Source: Prasinococcaceae sp. CCMP 1430 (lineage: Eukaryota > Plantae > Prasinodermophyta). From it: a DNA stretch of 52,154 nucleotides. The notes beneath the pieces were generated by a model that was given only the letters and a program-made list of their open reading frames with translations, was not told the DNA's origin and did not search any database. A program made the translations under genes and the position numbers. Below, one piece after another: positions 1 to 11,200 of this stretch. The stretch is from assembly GCA_013416795.1 (NCBI GenBank), contig RQSC01000619.1, positions 9,824-61,977 on the forward strand, given 5' to 3'. How positions within the stretch are numbered: position 1 is the stretch's first letter; each line of letters starts with the position of its first letter.

Positions 1-14
1 CGGGCGCGGCTGCG

Positions 15-1193
15 ATGGCGCGGCTGCCACGGCGCGTGGTGCGGCTGCCGCTCGCGCCGACGCTGTCGCTGGTGCTGGCGGTGCTCGCGGCGTTCGCGGC
101 CGGCTCGGGGGTCGGCCAGGGCCTGATGCGGCGCGCCGTGCCGACTACCGGCTCGAGGGTCGCCAAGGACCGGAGAACGCCCCGCACCGCGCCGGCTGCC
201 TACCTGCTGCGCGCGGAGACGGCCCCGTGCTTCAAGGTGTTCTTCTTCCACGTCGAGAAGACGGGCGGCACCACCGTGCGTAAGCTGGCGCGCGAGGGCG
301 CGGCCGCACAGGGCATGGAGGTGTACACGCAAGGCATGCTCAAGCGAGTCCCCGACCTCGACACGCCGTGCAACGGCACCAAGGGATGGTATTCTTCCCG
401 CTGCTGCTCGCTGGAGCGCATGCTGCGCGACCTGGAGGCGAGCCCCGAGGGTGGCCATCCGCGCCTCTTCGTGGAGGTGCGCGCGAGCCGCCTGGAGGGC
501 TCGGATATGCTCGAGCGGCTGGTCGCGCTGCGCGAACGCAACGGCGACGCGTGTCCCACTGTGCTGTGGACGCTGCTCCGCGAGCCGCACAGGCTGTACA
601 CCTCCTTCTACAGGTACTTCGCGCGGCACGACCAGAAGCGCAAGCCCGAGTTCCAGGGGCGGACGTTCGAGGAGTGGGTGCCGCCGAACATGCAGACCGA
701 GATCCTCGGCGGCAACGACATTGGGTTCAAGGCGCTCTTCGACAAGGGGGGCAATCCGCAGTCGCGCTTCATCAGGACGAAGGGCACAGGCATGTACGAG
801 CCGCGCAGCCGCGAGCGCGTGGAGCACATCCTGGACTCGATGGACGTGGTGGGCACCACCGGCACCTTCAACGAGGCCATGCTGTTCGTGGCGGACATGT
901 CGGGCATGACGCGCATATTGTACAGGCCCACCAACCTGGGCAACCGGACACAAGCGCGCGACGAGCTCAACGCTATCAACTACGACCACCTCTCGCCGGA
1001 CCCGCTGGACTTCAGCGTGGTGCCCCCCACCGCCGAGCGCGCGGCCGAGCTCATCGAGGCGGCGACGCCCGTTGACCGCGCGGTGTTCGCCGAGCGTTTC
1101 GCGGCCATCCAGGCGCGTGCGGCGAGCACGCCGGGCTTTGCGGAGCGCCTCGCGCGCTACGAGCGCGCGCTCGACGAGTGGTACAACGCGTAG
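15..1193 (+). CDS. Golgi-type (type II membrane) sulfotransferase-like protein
   Basis: Single 392-aa ORF. N-terminal hydrophobic anchor LSLVLAVLAAFAAG, 5'-PAPS-binding-like FFHVEKTGGTTVR and 3'-phosphate-binding-like TLLREPHRLYTSFYRY. TGTAA at 1242-1246 follows the stop. Confidence 0.75.
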   Translation: MARLPRRVVRLPLAPTLSLVLAVLAAFAAGSGVGQGLMRRAVPTTGSRVAKDRRTPRTAPAAYLLRAETAPCFKVFFFHVEKTGGTTVRKLAREGAAAQGMEVYTQGMLKRVPDLDTPCNGTKGWYSSRCCSLERMLRDLEASPEGGHPRLFVEVRASRLEGSDMLERLVALRERNGDACPTVLWTLLREPHRLYTSFYRYFARHDQKRKPEFQGRTFEEWVPPNMQTEILGGNDIGFKALFDKGGNPQSRFIRTKGTGMYEPRSRERVEHILDSMDVVGTTGTFNEAMLFVADMSGMTRILYRPTNLGNRTQARDELNAINYDHLSPDPLDFSVVPPTAERAAELIEAATPVDRAVFAERFAAIQARAASTPGFAERLARYERALDEWYNA

Positions 1194-1446
1194 GCGCGCC
1201 CGCCCGCGCGCGCATGCGCGCGCCTGCTCGCACGCATTTTTTGTAATCTCTCCGGCGCCACGCCTGTGCGCCCGCGTGGCGGCGTCGTCCGACTTTCGCG
1301 GCGCTGCGCTTCCGGCGGTGCAGCGCGGCGCCTGCCGCGCGCCACACGGCGAACGCGCCGAGCCCCCCCCCACCCCCACCCACCCCCACCCGGCGCGGCC
1401 GGGTGGGTGTGACGGGGTTAGGGAGCGTGTTGGAGGGGTGAGGGGC

Positions 1447-4400
1447 ATGGACGATTTCTCATCAGACGATGACATCCTCGACCTTGCCGGCCGCGCGCTG
1501 GCGGGCGGCGGCGCTGGGGCGGCGCACGCGAGCACGGGCGTCGGTGCGCTCGGCGCGAGCGCGAGCTACGGCTCGCTCGACGGGGCTGGCGGGAAGGCGG
1601 ACGGATCGGGGGACGAGGCCGCATCCGCAAGCGTGGAACTGGACTGGGGCGAGGTCGAGCACGCGCTCAACCTGGTGCCGCCAGCGTACCTGGTGCCACC
1701 TGACGAGTTTGACAGCATGCCTCGCGTCGTCGAGGTGTTGAGCTCGCTCCAGCCGCGCAAGGCGCTGGCGGAGCTGCAGGGGCTTGAAGAGGGAGTCGAG
1801 CGCCTCGTGGACACCGTCGTGCGTGCGCACCACAACGATTTCAACCGCGCCATCCAAAACTACAGCTCGATCCTCCAGCTCTTCAACGAGGGCCAGGGGC
1901 GTGCGCAGGCGCTGCGCGGCGCGCTCGGCGACGCCGGCAAGCTGCTCAGCGCGGGCAGCGCGAGCTTGCAGTCGCAGTGGGTGCGCATCGCGACGCTTCG
2001 AAAGACGCTGAAGCATTTGCATGTCGTTGAGGCCATCGCTGGCGCGCCCGCGGCGGTTGCAGACGCCGCGGCGCGCGGCAACTGGCGCGAGGCCATGGAA
2101 CGGCTCAAGGCCGCTCGCAGACAGGCGGCCGAAGAGCCCTTTTCGTCCGTCGCCGGCCTCGCACAAACCAACGAGGAGCTCGACGACCTCGCCAAGGCGT
2201 TGCCTGAACAAATCGTGGGCGACCTGGTACCGCTCCTTCTCTCAGATCGGGCGGCCTCGGACCTGATCCAACGGCAGGGCTCGGGCGCTGCGGCGTCCAC
2301 CTCTGAGAGCCGTGCCGAGGCCGCTCGCCTTGACTGGCAGGCGGAGGCGACGCACCTGCTCGAGAGCCTGCTCTACGTAAGCCCCGAGCGGGGCCTGCCG
2401 CTCCTCGTGGAGCGTCTGCGAGATTCGATCGCCAGACTCGCAATGGCCACGGCCAAGGAGGCGATGCGCGGGCTCGGCAGCGTGGCCAACCCGAAGCAGA
2501 GGCCGCGAGCGGCGCGCAATGTGTCCGCATCGCGTCCCAGCAACGCTCCATTGCGCGGCCCCGCGCGGCGGGCGACGTCGGTCGAGGGGCTGCGTGTTGC
2601 GACCGCTTCGGAGGCGCTGCTCGGCCGTCTCGTGGAGCACCTCTCCACCACGGCCAAGCGGTGCTCGGTCCTGGACGATGTTCTGCGCGACGCCGAGGCG
2701 CGCCACCTTGACGACCCAGCCACGCGGTGCTCGCTCGAGCGCGTGCTGTGGGAGGGTGGCATCGCCGAGCTACTTGCGATCGTCAGCGCGCTACTCAAGC
2801 CACCAGATGCCATCCTCACGGGCTCGCTCGCGCCACCGGACTCGGCCAATGAGGCCAGCGCTGCCAATAGCGCGTACTCGAAGTCGAGCTGGTTCTCGGG
2901 GCCTCGCAGCGCGGCAGTGGCGGCGGCCGACGAGGCTGCCAGCGCTCTCGTTTTCGATCTTGGCTTCTCCAAGGCCATGTCAGGCTCGGCTGGCAACGCC
3001 AGCGGCGCTGCGAGCGTGAGCAATGCTGGGGTGGCGCCCGCGCCAGCCCGCGCGGCAAGACGTGGTAACGGCGCGGGCGGCGGCGGGGGAGGGGCGCCTC
3101 GACTGCGCTCGCGCCAGGACTACAGCTTCCTGTCCTCACTCGAATCTGCTGGCGTTTTCTTGACGCCGGGCGTGCACGCGACGCTGCTGCCACTGGTCGC
3201 AAAAGTCGAGAACGAGTCGACGGGCGCCGCCGAGGGTGGCGCGGATACCAAGGCCGCGAATGGGGAGGCGAGCGATGGGGAGGCGCAGGGCAGGGCAGGG
3301 CAGGGCGGCCGCAAGGAACCGCTGGCCGAGCTCCGTTCCTTCATCAGCCAATGCGTGCAGAACCATCTGCTGCCCAGCATCGGCTTGGGCTACGAGACGC
3401 ACATACAGGAGGCCGTGTCGTCGGCTGACGCGTATCGACCGCTCTCTGGCCACGAAGTCGAGCCGCGTGCGGCCGAGAGCCCTTCGAGCGTGTCGCCGGG
3501 GATGGCATCGCTGATGGCGGATGCTGGAATAGTTGGGACGGGAGAGGCTGCTGCCGCCACGGACGAGAAGGGCGCGCAGTCGGAGGAGCGGGTCACCGTT
3601 CTGGCGGCGATGGCGGCCTCGATGCGGCAGCCGCCCCACCCCGCGGACGTGCCCGTGCCCGTGCTGCGCAGCGCTGCCGCCGCGATGCACGAGCTTGAGG
3701 CCCTGTCGACGTCGGTGCCGGGATACACAGCGGAGGTACTGGGCGTCGCCTGCGGCATGATGCGCGTGCTGCTGGCGGAATGTCGCGAGACTCTCGACCA
3801 CGAATGTGGCAGTGCGCGCGCGCGCGCCCTCATCGAGGACAGGACAGTCAAGCGCGACCTCGAAGCGGAGCAGGTGGCGTCGATCATGCCGCAGGTAATG
3901 GCGCCCAGATCGCTGAGCAAGACTGCCAATACGAGCAACGGTGGTGGCGGCAGCGTGTTGTGTCCTGCCTTGGACGCAGCTCCATGCGAAAGGCTGGTCC
4001 AGCGAATCCTGTCGGAGGCGCCAGTGCCCATGGGTGAGCTCCTGAGCGACAGCGAGGCAGCCACACTGCTAGCGTGCATGTCGACGGGCCTCCTGTCGCT
4101 GGCGTTGCGAGCAGACGAGTTGGAGCGCGCGGCGGCGCGTGCAACGGAGGGGCTGCCTGAGGATGATCCTACGACGTCCGTGCCCGCAGCTCTGGCCGCG
4201 GTGGCCGCGGACTGCAGGAAGCTCGCGCGCCACTGCCTGCAGGTGCTGCGGCTGGAAGCGCTCATCGTCTGCTCCAACGCGCGCGCCTCTATGGTCGACG
4301 CGGATCCGGTCGCATCTCCCGAAGGCTCACGTGCCGGCATCGGCGAGGAGGGCAGCCTCGAGGTCGAGGAGGGCGTGCTGGCTGTGGTGCGGCAGATTGC

Positions 4401-4845
4401 ACAGGCGCATCGCGCAGTCAGCAAGCACGTCGCTGCGGATGCGCGCGCGTACGTGTTCGGCGGTTGCACGTCCGTTGCGGCTGCGGCGATGATGTCGTCG
4501 CTGACGAACGTCAACGTGGTGGACGCGTCGAGCGCGCGCCGGGCATGCAGGGGCTGCACGGCGCTGCAGCAAGCGGTGTCGAGCATCGATACGCCGCACG
4601 CAGACGGTGCTGTGCTCTTCGGCAGAGCGCGCTCGTACTTCTCACTGCTTCTGCTTGACCCCGAAGACGTCCTCTCTCGCGCGCGCGCCGCTCCGGACAC
4701 ATATACCCCGGCCGAGTGGGCCGCGTTGCTCGCCGTGTACGTGAGCGACCGCCAGCCAGTGTCGTACGAGCAGCGGGAAGAGCTGAAGGCCATCGTCGCC
4801 GTGGCCAACGCGGACGCTGAGGCAGGCAGCATCGAGCACTCGTAG
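1447..4845 (+). CDS. SEC8: Exocyst complex component Sec8/EXOC4 (plant-type)
   Basis: ATG at 1447 is in frame with ORF 1072-4845. N-terminal FDSMPRVVEVL...VDTVVRAHHNDFNRAIQNYSSILQLF and C-terminal ARSYFSLLLL...YTPAEWAALL resemble plant SEC8. No intron is required. Confidence 0.88.
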   Translation: MDDFSSDDDILDLAGRALAGGGAGAAHASTGVGALGASASYGSLDGAGGKADGSGDEAASASVELDWGEVEHALNLVPPAYLVPPDEFDSMPRVVEVLSSLQPRKALAELQGLEEGVERLVDTVVRAHHNDFNRAIQNYSSILQLFNEGQGRAQALRGALGDAGKLLSAGSASLQSQWVRIATLRKTLKHLHVVEAIAGAPAAVADAAARGNWREAMERLKAARRQAAEEPFSSVAGLAQTNEELDDLAKALPEQIVGDLVPLLLSDRAASDLIQRQGSGAAASTSESRAEAARLDWQAEATHLLESLLYVSPERGLPLLVERLRDSIARLAMATAKEAMRGLGSVANPKQRPRAARNVSASRPSNAPLRGPARRATSVEGLRVATASEALLGRLVEHLSTTAKRCSVLDDVLRDAEARHLDDPATRCSLERVLWEGGIAELLAIVSALLKPPDAILTGSLAPPDSANEASAANSAYSKSSWFSGPRSAAVAAADEAASALVFDLGFSKAMSGSAGNASGAASVSNAGVAPAPARAARRGNGAGGGGGGAPRLRSRQDYSFLSSLESAGVFLTPGVHATLLPLVAKVENESTGAAEGGADTKAANGEASDGEAQGRAGQGGRKEPLAELRSFISQCVQNHLLPSIGLGYETHIQEAVSSADAYRPLSGHEVEPRAAESPSSVSPGMASLMADAGIVGTGEAAAATDEKGAQSEERVTVLAAMAASMRQPPHPADVPVPVLRSAAAAMHELEALSTSVPGYTAEVLGVACGMMRVLLAECRETLDHECGSARARALIEDRTVKRDLEAEQVASIMPQVMAPRSLSKTANTSNGGGGSVLCPALDAAPCERLVQRILSEAPVPMGELLSDSEAATLLACMSTGLLSLALRADELERAAARATEGLPEDDPTTSVPAALAAVAADCRKLARHCLQVLRLEALIVCSNARASMVDADPVASPEGSRAGIGEEGSLEVEEGVLAVVRQIAQAHRAVSKHVAADARAYVFGGCTSVAAAAMMSSLTNVNVVDASSARRACRGCTALQQAVSSIDTPHADGAVLFGRARSYFSLLLLDPEDVLSRARAAPDTYTPAEWAALLAVYVSDRQPVSYEQREELKAIVAVANADAEAGSIEHS

Positions 4846-4980
4846 AATTGGCAAGCGCGGATCTGCTGCACGTGCTCGCATGAATGCCTGTGGTGGTAAT
4901 TTTATTTACATGGGCGCCCGGCGCCCGCGCGCCCGAGCGCGAGCGGAAGCCCGGGTGGCCCGCTGCTCGCTGCTGGCTGC

Positions 4981-6225
4981 TCAGTCGGAGCTGCCCGCGA
5001 TGTCGTCGAGCTGCGCGCGCGCGGCCTCGACGGCCACGCGCAGCGCGGCAGCCTCCTGCGTGTCGCCAGCCGCAAGCTGCGCCTCAAGGGCGGCCTCGGC
5101 GCGCGCGAGCAGGTCCCTCGCGCGCGCCTCGAGCGCATCCTTCTGCTGGTCGGCGTCGAGATGCTGTGCGGCGCCCTCGCCGAGGTGCTCGTCTACCCGC
5201 GCGGCCACAGCAGTCGGGGTGCCCGACTGCGCATTTATCGCCGCCCCCGCGCGGCCTTTCTTGTCCTGCATCAGCCGTGCCTTGGCTGCTGGGCTCACCT
5301 CGCGTCTGCGACCTTGCTCTTCGTACGAGTCGAGCGTCTTGCGCATGCCCGCCTTGACTGAGTCGCGGTACGATGGGTTCTGCCACTTGCGACGGATGGC
5401 CTCGCCTATCTTCTTGCGGTGCTCCTCGCTCTTCGCGGCGCGCCGCGCGGCCTCGCTCCCGGCGCTGCCCTTGCCGGTGCCCTCGCTCCGGCCGCGTCTG
5501 CCAGCGCCGGCCGCAGGCGCGCGTCCGCCCTGCTGCGTCGCGCGGCGCGTGCCTCGGCCGCCGCCTCCGCGTTTGTGGTGCCTTTCGCGCTCCTTTTCCG
5601 ACATGAGGTGCTCGAATCCCGGTCGCATGCGCCCCCAGCGCCTCCCTCGGTGCGAGCGCATGCGGCCGATGTGGTCGCACTGCTCCGCCGCGTGCGAGCC
5701 GAACGTCGCGACCCCCACGCCACCGGCAAAGCTCAACGTGCCCGCCGCGCCGGCGCCGGCACGCGGCGCGAACGCCTGGTCGCGCGAGGCGGCGACCTTC
5801 TTCATGCGGTGCATCGACCGCACGCCGCGCGAGATGCGCTCTTTCGCCTGCGTCGTGTGCCGCTGCTTGGAGGCCGACTCGCTCAGCCGCGTGCGCACCT
5901 CCTTGGAGCTCATGGCCTTAATTGTCGCCGCGCGGATGCGCTCCTTGGTGGCGTCATCCATCTTGCGGCCCTTGTTCCACGGCGTGCGTCCCTTGTTGGC
6001 TTCGGAGATGCGCGCGCGCCGCTTCTCCTCGAGCTCGATCGTCGAGCCGAAGCCTGGTCGGCCGACAGCTTCTCGCACGGGCGTCGCCGCCGCCGCCGCG
6101 ACGTGCTGCGCGTGACCGAAGCCGCCGGGGGCCGACGCGCACGCCACGCTGCCGCGGCCGTCCCGCTCGATAGCCAGCCCGCTCCCTCGCCCACGCCGCC
6201 TGCCTTCATCGGCGCCGCATCCCAC
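4981..6225 (-). CDS. NUMOD3-motif (nuclease-associated modular DNA-binding) protein, plant/algal family; true start probably at or beyond the N at 6264
   Basis: RRARISEANKGRTPWNKGRKMDDATKERIRAATIKAM, HTTQAKERISRGVR and KSEEHRKKIGEAIRRKW are NUMOD3-type basic helical repeats. No nuclease domain is visible. TTACA at 4906-4910 (TGTAA on the minus strand) lies downstream of the stop. Confidence 0.75.
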   Translation of the reverse strand: MGCGADEGRRRGRGSGLAIERDGRGSVACASAPGGFGHAQHVAAAAATPVREAVGRPGFGSTIELEEKRRARISEANKGRTPWNKGRKMDDATKERIRAATIKAMSSKEVRTRLSESASKQRHTTQAKERISRGVRSMHRMKKVAASRDQAFAPRAGAGAAGTLSFAGGVGVATFGSHAAEQCDHIGRMRSHRGRRWGRMRPGFEHLMSEKERERHHKRGGGGRGTRRATQQGGRAPAAGAGRRGRSEGTGKGSAGSEAARRAAKSEEHRKKIGEAIRRKWQNPSYRDSVKAGMRKTLDSYEEQGRRREVSPAAKARLMQDKKGRAGAAINAQSGTPTAVAARVDEHLGEGAAQHLDADQQKDALEARARDLLARAEAALEAQLAAGDTQEAAALRVAVEAARAQLDDIAGSSD

Positions 6226-6263
6226 CCGCCGCTGTGCGCCGCAGCCCGCGGCCGCCGCGTCGC

Positions 6264-6389
6264 NAGTGCAAGGCCAGGTGGCGCGAGATGGTCAAGCTGT
6301 ACTGCAAGAAGGCCAAGATCAACGCGCCAGCGTACAAGGAGGTGCTCAAGGGCATGTGCGAGAAGCGCAAGATGAAGATAGCCAACTAA
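6264..6389 (+). CDS. 3' end of an unidentified small basic protein (xCKARWREMVKLYCKKAKINAPAYKEVLKGMCEKRKMKIAN*); 5' part lost in the single-N join
   Basis: 41 sense codons with strongly coding-like usage (AAG, ATC, TGC, GTC), starting at the N and ending at TAA 6387-6389. Family not recognised. Confidence 0.45.
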   Translation, partial: XCKARWREMVKLYCKKAKINAPAYKEVLKGMCEKRKMKIAN

Positions 6390-6662
6390 CGCGGGCCCAA
6401 GGCTATACAGCCGGCACTGTGCGGATGCTCCCGAGCCACGAGGGCCTTGGCGCAGGGGTCGCAGGGTGCTTCCCTGGCGCGAGGGTGCGCCAGCAGATAG
6501 CGCCGCGGCAACGCACACCTGTCCACGCATAACTACACACAAAATGATTGTCACACAACTTGAGGCGGCGGTTCGACGCGGCCTGTGTAGCCCGCGCGTG
6601 TGCGGTGTGCCCCCATCGTGTGTGCGTGCCGCGTAGAGTGCGGACGAGCAGGTGCCCAGCAT

Positions 6663-6857
6663 CTAGTCGAGTTGTTCGCACGGTGTGTAGTGGTCTTGGC
6701 GCTCGGCGCGAAAGCGGCTCACTGGCTTCCGGCGCGCGCCATCATTGTCTGCCACGGTCGGGGCAGCGCCGGCGCGCGAACGCGGCATACGCTCCTTGAC
6801 GACCATCGATGCGGGGCCACTCTCCTCCACGAGCGGCATCTCCTGGATGAGGGGCTG
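6663..6857 (-). CDS. Possible terminal exon ending in a KPVSRFRAER motif (reminiscent of the URI1/Bud27 C-terminal motif)
   Basis: A minus-strand CTGAC branch point and CGCCAG acceptor precede PLIQEMPLVEESG...RRKPVSRFRAERQDHYTPCEQLD*. Upstream exons are not identifiable and may lie in the 7383-8293 gap. Confidence 0.3.
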   Translation of the reverse strand, partial: QPLIQEMPLVEESGPASMVVKERMPRSRAGAAPTVADNDGARRKPVSRFRAERQDHYTPCEQLD

Positions 6858-7382
6858 GCGGCGCCAAGAGCGCGTGTGCATGTGTGCAATTCACACGCAG
6901 TCAGTGTGAGCGCCCGCGAGCACGCGGGTGGCCGGGTACGGGGGCGCGCGCGCCGGGAGCCTGGCTGGCTGGGCGCGGACCCCCGCTCCGGCGCCTCGTG
7001 CGCGCGCGCCCCGCGGCGCCCGCGCGCGCGCGAATGCCACCGCCGATGGGCTTCCTTCCCTCACGCGCCAGCCAGCCAGCCATCAGCAGCAGCAGCATGT
7101 CGGTCGGTCGGTCGGCCTGTTCTGTTGCCTGTTGTTGGTTGGGTGTTGTCGTCGTGGTTGTTGGCTTCGCTCTTTCGTTCGGTCTCCGTCGGTCGGCGCG
7201 CACGTGCGCCTGGCCCGGCCGGCGGCCTGAGGACCCTAACGGGCGCCTTCCTGCGCGCAGCACGGGCGTGCTTATCCCGGATCCGGATCGGGGCGTGGGC
7301 GCGTCCCTTCCGGTCGCGCGCGCCGTCGCCCGTCGCGTCGCGCGAGGTCGCCGCGATCGATTCTCGCGCGCGCGGCGCTCGC

Positions 7383-8293
7383 NNNNNNNNNNNNNNNNNN
7401 NNNNNNNNNNNNNNNNNNNNNNNNNNNNNNNNNNNNNNNNNNNNNNNNNNNNNNNNNNNNNNNNNNNNNNNNNNNNNNNNNNNNNNNNNNNNNNNNNNNN
7501 NNNNNNNNNNNNNNNNNNNNNNNNNNNNNNNNNNNNNNNNNNNNNNNNNNNNNNNNNNNNNNNNNNNNNNNNNNNNNNNNNNNNNNNNNNNNNNNNNNNN
7601 NNNNNNNNNNNNNNNNNNNNNNNNNNNNNNNNNNNNNNNNNNNNNNNNNNNNNNNNNNNNNNNNNNNNNNNNNNNNNNNNNNNNNNNNNNNNNNNNNNNN
7701 NNNNNNNNNNNNNNNNNNNNNNNNNNNNNNNNNNNNNNNNNNNNNNNNNNNNNNNNNNNNNNNNNNNNNNNNNNNNNNNNNNNNNNNNNNNNNNNNNNNN
7801 NNNNNNNNNNNNNNNNNNNNNNNNNNNNNNNNNNNNNNNNNNNNNNNNNNNNNNNNNNNNNNNNNNNNNNNNNNNNNNNNNNNNNNNNNNNNNNNNNNNN
7901 NNNNNNNNNNNNNNNNNNNNNNNNNNNNNNNNNNNNNNNNNNNNNNNNNNNNNNNNNNNNNNNNNNNNNNNNNNNNNNNNNNNNNNNNNNNNNNNNNNNN
8001 NNNNNNNNNNNNNNNNNNNNNNNNNNNNNNNNNNNNNNNNNNNNNNNNNNNNNNNNNNNNNNNNNNNNNNNNNNNNNNNNNNNNNNNNNNNNNNNNNNNN
8101 NNNNNNNNNNNNNNNNNNNNNNNNNNNNNNNNNNNNNNNNNNNNNNNNNNNNNNNNNNNNNNNNNNNNNNNNNNNNNNNNNNNNNNNNNNNNNNNNNNNN
8201 NNNNNNNNNNNNNNNNNNNNNNNNNNNNNNNNNNNNNNNNNNNNNNNNNNNNNNNNNNNNNNNNNNNNNNNNNNNNNNNNNNNNNNNNNNNNN
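7383..8293. other. Assembly gap (911 N)
   Basis: Run of N. Further gaps at 6264, 11905-12021 and 35589-35677. Confidence 1.
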
Positions 8294-11200
8294 GCCGCCG
8301 TGAACGGCGCCGTGAACGGCGCAGATGGCGGCGACGGCGCCGACGACGGCGCTCTGGCGCGCATGCTCGCAGAGATCACGGACGGCGACGAGAGCGGCGT
8401 CAACGGCACCAACGGCGCCGACGGCGCCGACGGCGCTGGCGGCGCGGCGCTCGCGCGCCTGCTTGCGGAGATCACAGACGGCGAAGAGAGCGACGAAGAG
8501 CACGAGGACGCGGACGAGGACGCCGCGGACGCCGCGGACATCGCCGCGCAAGCGAAGAGCACCGCCGCTGCGGCCTCCGAAAAGTCGGCCTCGCCGGCGG
8601 AGAAGGAGACCGCGCGCTGGGCGGCGCGCGCGGCCGAGCTGTTCGCGCTGCCCATCAACGGCCTGAAGCCTCTGCTGCGCGACTACGGTCTCCAGCTGGG
8701 CGGCAAGAAGGCCGTGCTCGTGGAACGCCTCGTGCACAGGGAGAAGGAGATCGTGCACAAGGAGAGGGAGCGTGCCGCGGAGCTGGCGCTGGCCGAAGCT
8801 GAGGCGCTCAGTGCAAAGCTCACTGCGGAGATGGACAAGAGGACTGCGGAGGCGGGGACACGCGCGGCCGAGGCGAGCAGCCGCCGCGACGCCCTTCGGT
8901 TCGACATGCTGTACGCTGAACTCGAGTCGGAGCAGGCCAAGTGGAAGGAGGGCGAAGTCGCGCGGATACAACTCCAGGAGAAGGTGGACTCCCTGAATGC
9001 CGTGCTCGCGCAGGTGGAGGTCAGAGCGGCAACGGCGGAGGGAGAGCGTGACCTCGCGCAAAGTCAGCTCGTGCAGCTCCGCGCCGCGGCGGAGAAGGCG
9101 CAGGCGCGGATGACCGCCCAACTGGATGCGCAGCGCCGCGAGGGCGACGTCATGCGCCAGCGCGTCCACGAGCTCTCGGACCAAGTGGTACAGGCGCACG
9201 CTGAGGCCGAGAGGAGCCAGAGGCTGTTCTTGGAGATGCAGGCGAAGCTCGCGGGGGAACGGGCGACTGCGGCCGAGACGACCAAAAGCTACCAGGCGGA
9301 GCTGGCGTCGACAAGGGACCGGGCCGAACGTATGCGCGCCGAGGCGCAGCAGGCGCAGGCCCAAATGGCCGCCGAACTTGATGCTGCGCGCCGCGAGGGC
9401 GAGGCTGCGCGCCAGCGCGTGACCGAGCTCACTGAGGAGGTGGCACAGGCGCAGGCTGATCTTGCTGAGGCCGTGAAGAGGCGCGTTCTCGAGCTCACAG
9501 AAACGAGGGAAAAGGCGGAGGCTCACGCGGCGGAGGCTGACGAGGCCGAGGCTCACAAGCCGGAGGCCAACGAGGCCAATCATGGCGAGGCAAATGCTGG
9601 CGAGGAGGACGCTGGCGAGGAGAAGCTTAGCATTGCCGAGACTGTGAAGAGGCGCGTGCTCGGCCTCACACAGAGGCCGACGTCCGGGGGGTCGCTGCGC
9701 CGCAGCGGCGGTCGGTTCGGCGGGGCTGAGCCTCCTGCCCCGCCCCCTGGCCCGGCCTACCTGAGGCGCAAGGAACAAAAGGTTGAAGCTCAAAATGAGG
9801 AGGTTGACGCGCAGGAGGACGTAGAGGAGGTCGAGGCGCAGGAGGGCATAGAGAAGGTCGAGGCGCAGGAGGGCGGAGAAAAATCCGAGGCAGACACCGG
9901 AGACAGGGTGGAGGCAGAGACCGGAGACAGGGTCGAGGAGACCGGAGACAAGGTCGAGGCTCCGCCACCTGCCGAGGCGCCTGTCCATCCCCCTCAGCCG
10001 ACGTACCAGGCCGCGGGACCGCCGGCTCCCAAGCCGAAGAAGGTACCGGGCCACATCGCCCGCATGGAGGCTGCACGCGCAAAGCAAGCTGCACGCGCCA
10101 AGGGCCAGGGAGGACAGGTTGGCGCGCAGGTTGGGGCGAAGGCCGACGTGCCGCCGCCCGCCGCGGTGCCCCCGCCCGCCGCCGTACCCCCGCCCGCCGC
10201 GGTGCCGCCGCCCGCCGCCGCGCCCGTCCGCACCCCCGAGTTCCTGGCGAACCAGGCCGCTGCGCCGGGTGCTTCCAGGCCGAAGAAGGTGCCGGGCCAC
10301 ATCGCCCGCATGGAGGCCGCGCGCGCGAAGGAGGCTGCACGCGCCACGGCCCAGGGAGGACAGGTTGGCGCGCAGGGCGGGGCGAAGGCCGACGTGCCCT
10401 CGCCCTCCGCCGCGCCCGTCCGTATCCCCGAGTTCCTGGCGAACCAGGCCGCTGCGCCGGGTGCTTCCAGGCCGAAGAAGGTGCCGGGCCACATCGCCCG
10501 CATGGAGGCTGCGCGCGCCAAGGCCCAAGGAAAACAGGTTGGCGCCGAGGGCAGACAGACGGGCGAGGTGCAGGGCGGATACAACTCGCAGCCGCAGGTT
10601 GAGTCTGGGCGTGATGACATGCTTGCCAAGCACGCCGCCGAACTTGATGCTGTGCGCCGCAAGGGTGAGGCTGAACGCCAGCGCAGAGATGACATGCTTG
10701 CCAAGCACGCCGACGAACTTGATGCCCTGCGCCTCGAGCTCGAGGCCGCGCGCAAGCGCAGAGATGAAATGCTGGCGAAGCATGCCGCCGAACTCCATGC
10801 CTTGCGTCGCGAGCTCGAGGTTGCCCATCAGCGCAGAGATGAAATGGTCGCGAAACACGCCGCCGAACTTGATGCCGTGCGCCGCGAGGGCGAGGCTGAG
10901 CGGAAGCGCAAAGATGACATGCTTGCGGAAAAGGCCGCCGAGCTCGATGCCTTGCGCCGTGAGGGCGAGGCTGCGCGCAAGCGCGTGACTGAGCTCACGG
11001 AACAACTGGCCCAAGCGCAGGGTGGGCCTCAGCGCGACGAGTTCGACGCCTTGCGCCGTGAGGGCGAGGCCGCGCGCCAGCGCGTGACCGAGCTCACGGA
11101 GCAGCTGGCCCGGGCGCAGGCCGGGCCTGTGCGCGACGACGCGAGTAGTACGCATGACGACGGTAGCTTTTTTACGCATGGACAGACGGTCCAGTCGCGG

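Noticed and set aside
6884-8293. N-terminal extension of the 1617-aa ORF through the N run
   Set aside because: The reading frame across N is meaningless, and the pre-gap sequence is low-complexity and non-coding-like.
10610-10984. CRISPR-like appearance of the 75-nt repeats and the 51-nt pair at 47202/47563
   Set aside because: No unique spacers of regular length, no cas genes; the first set is in-frame coding and the second has only two copies.
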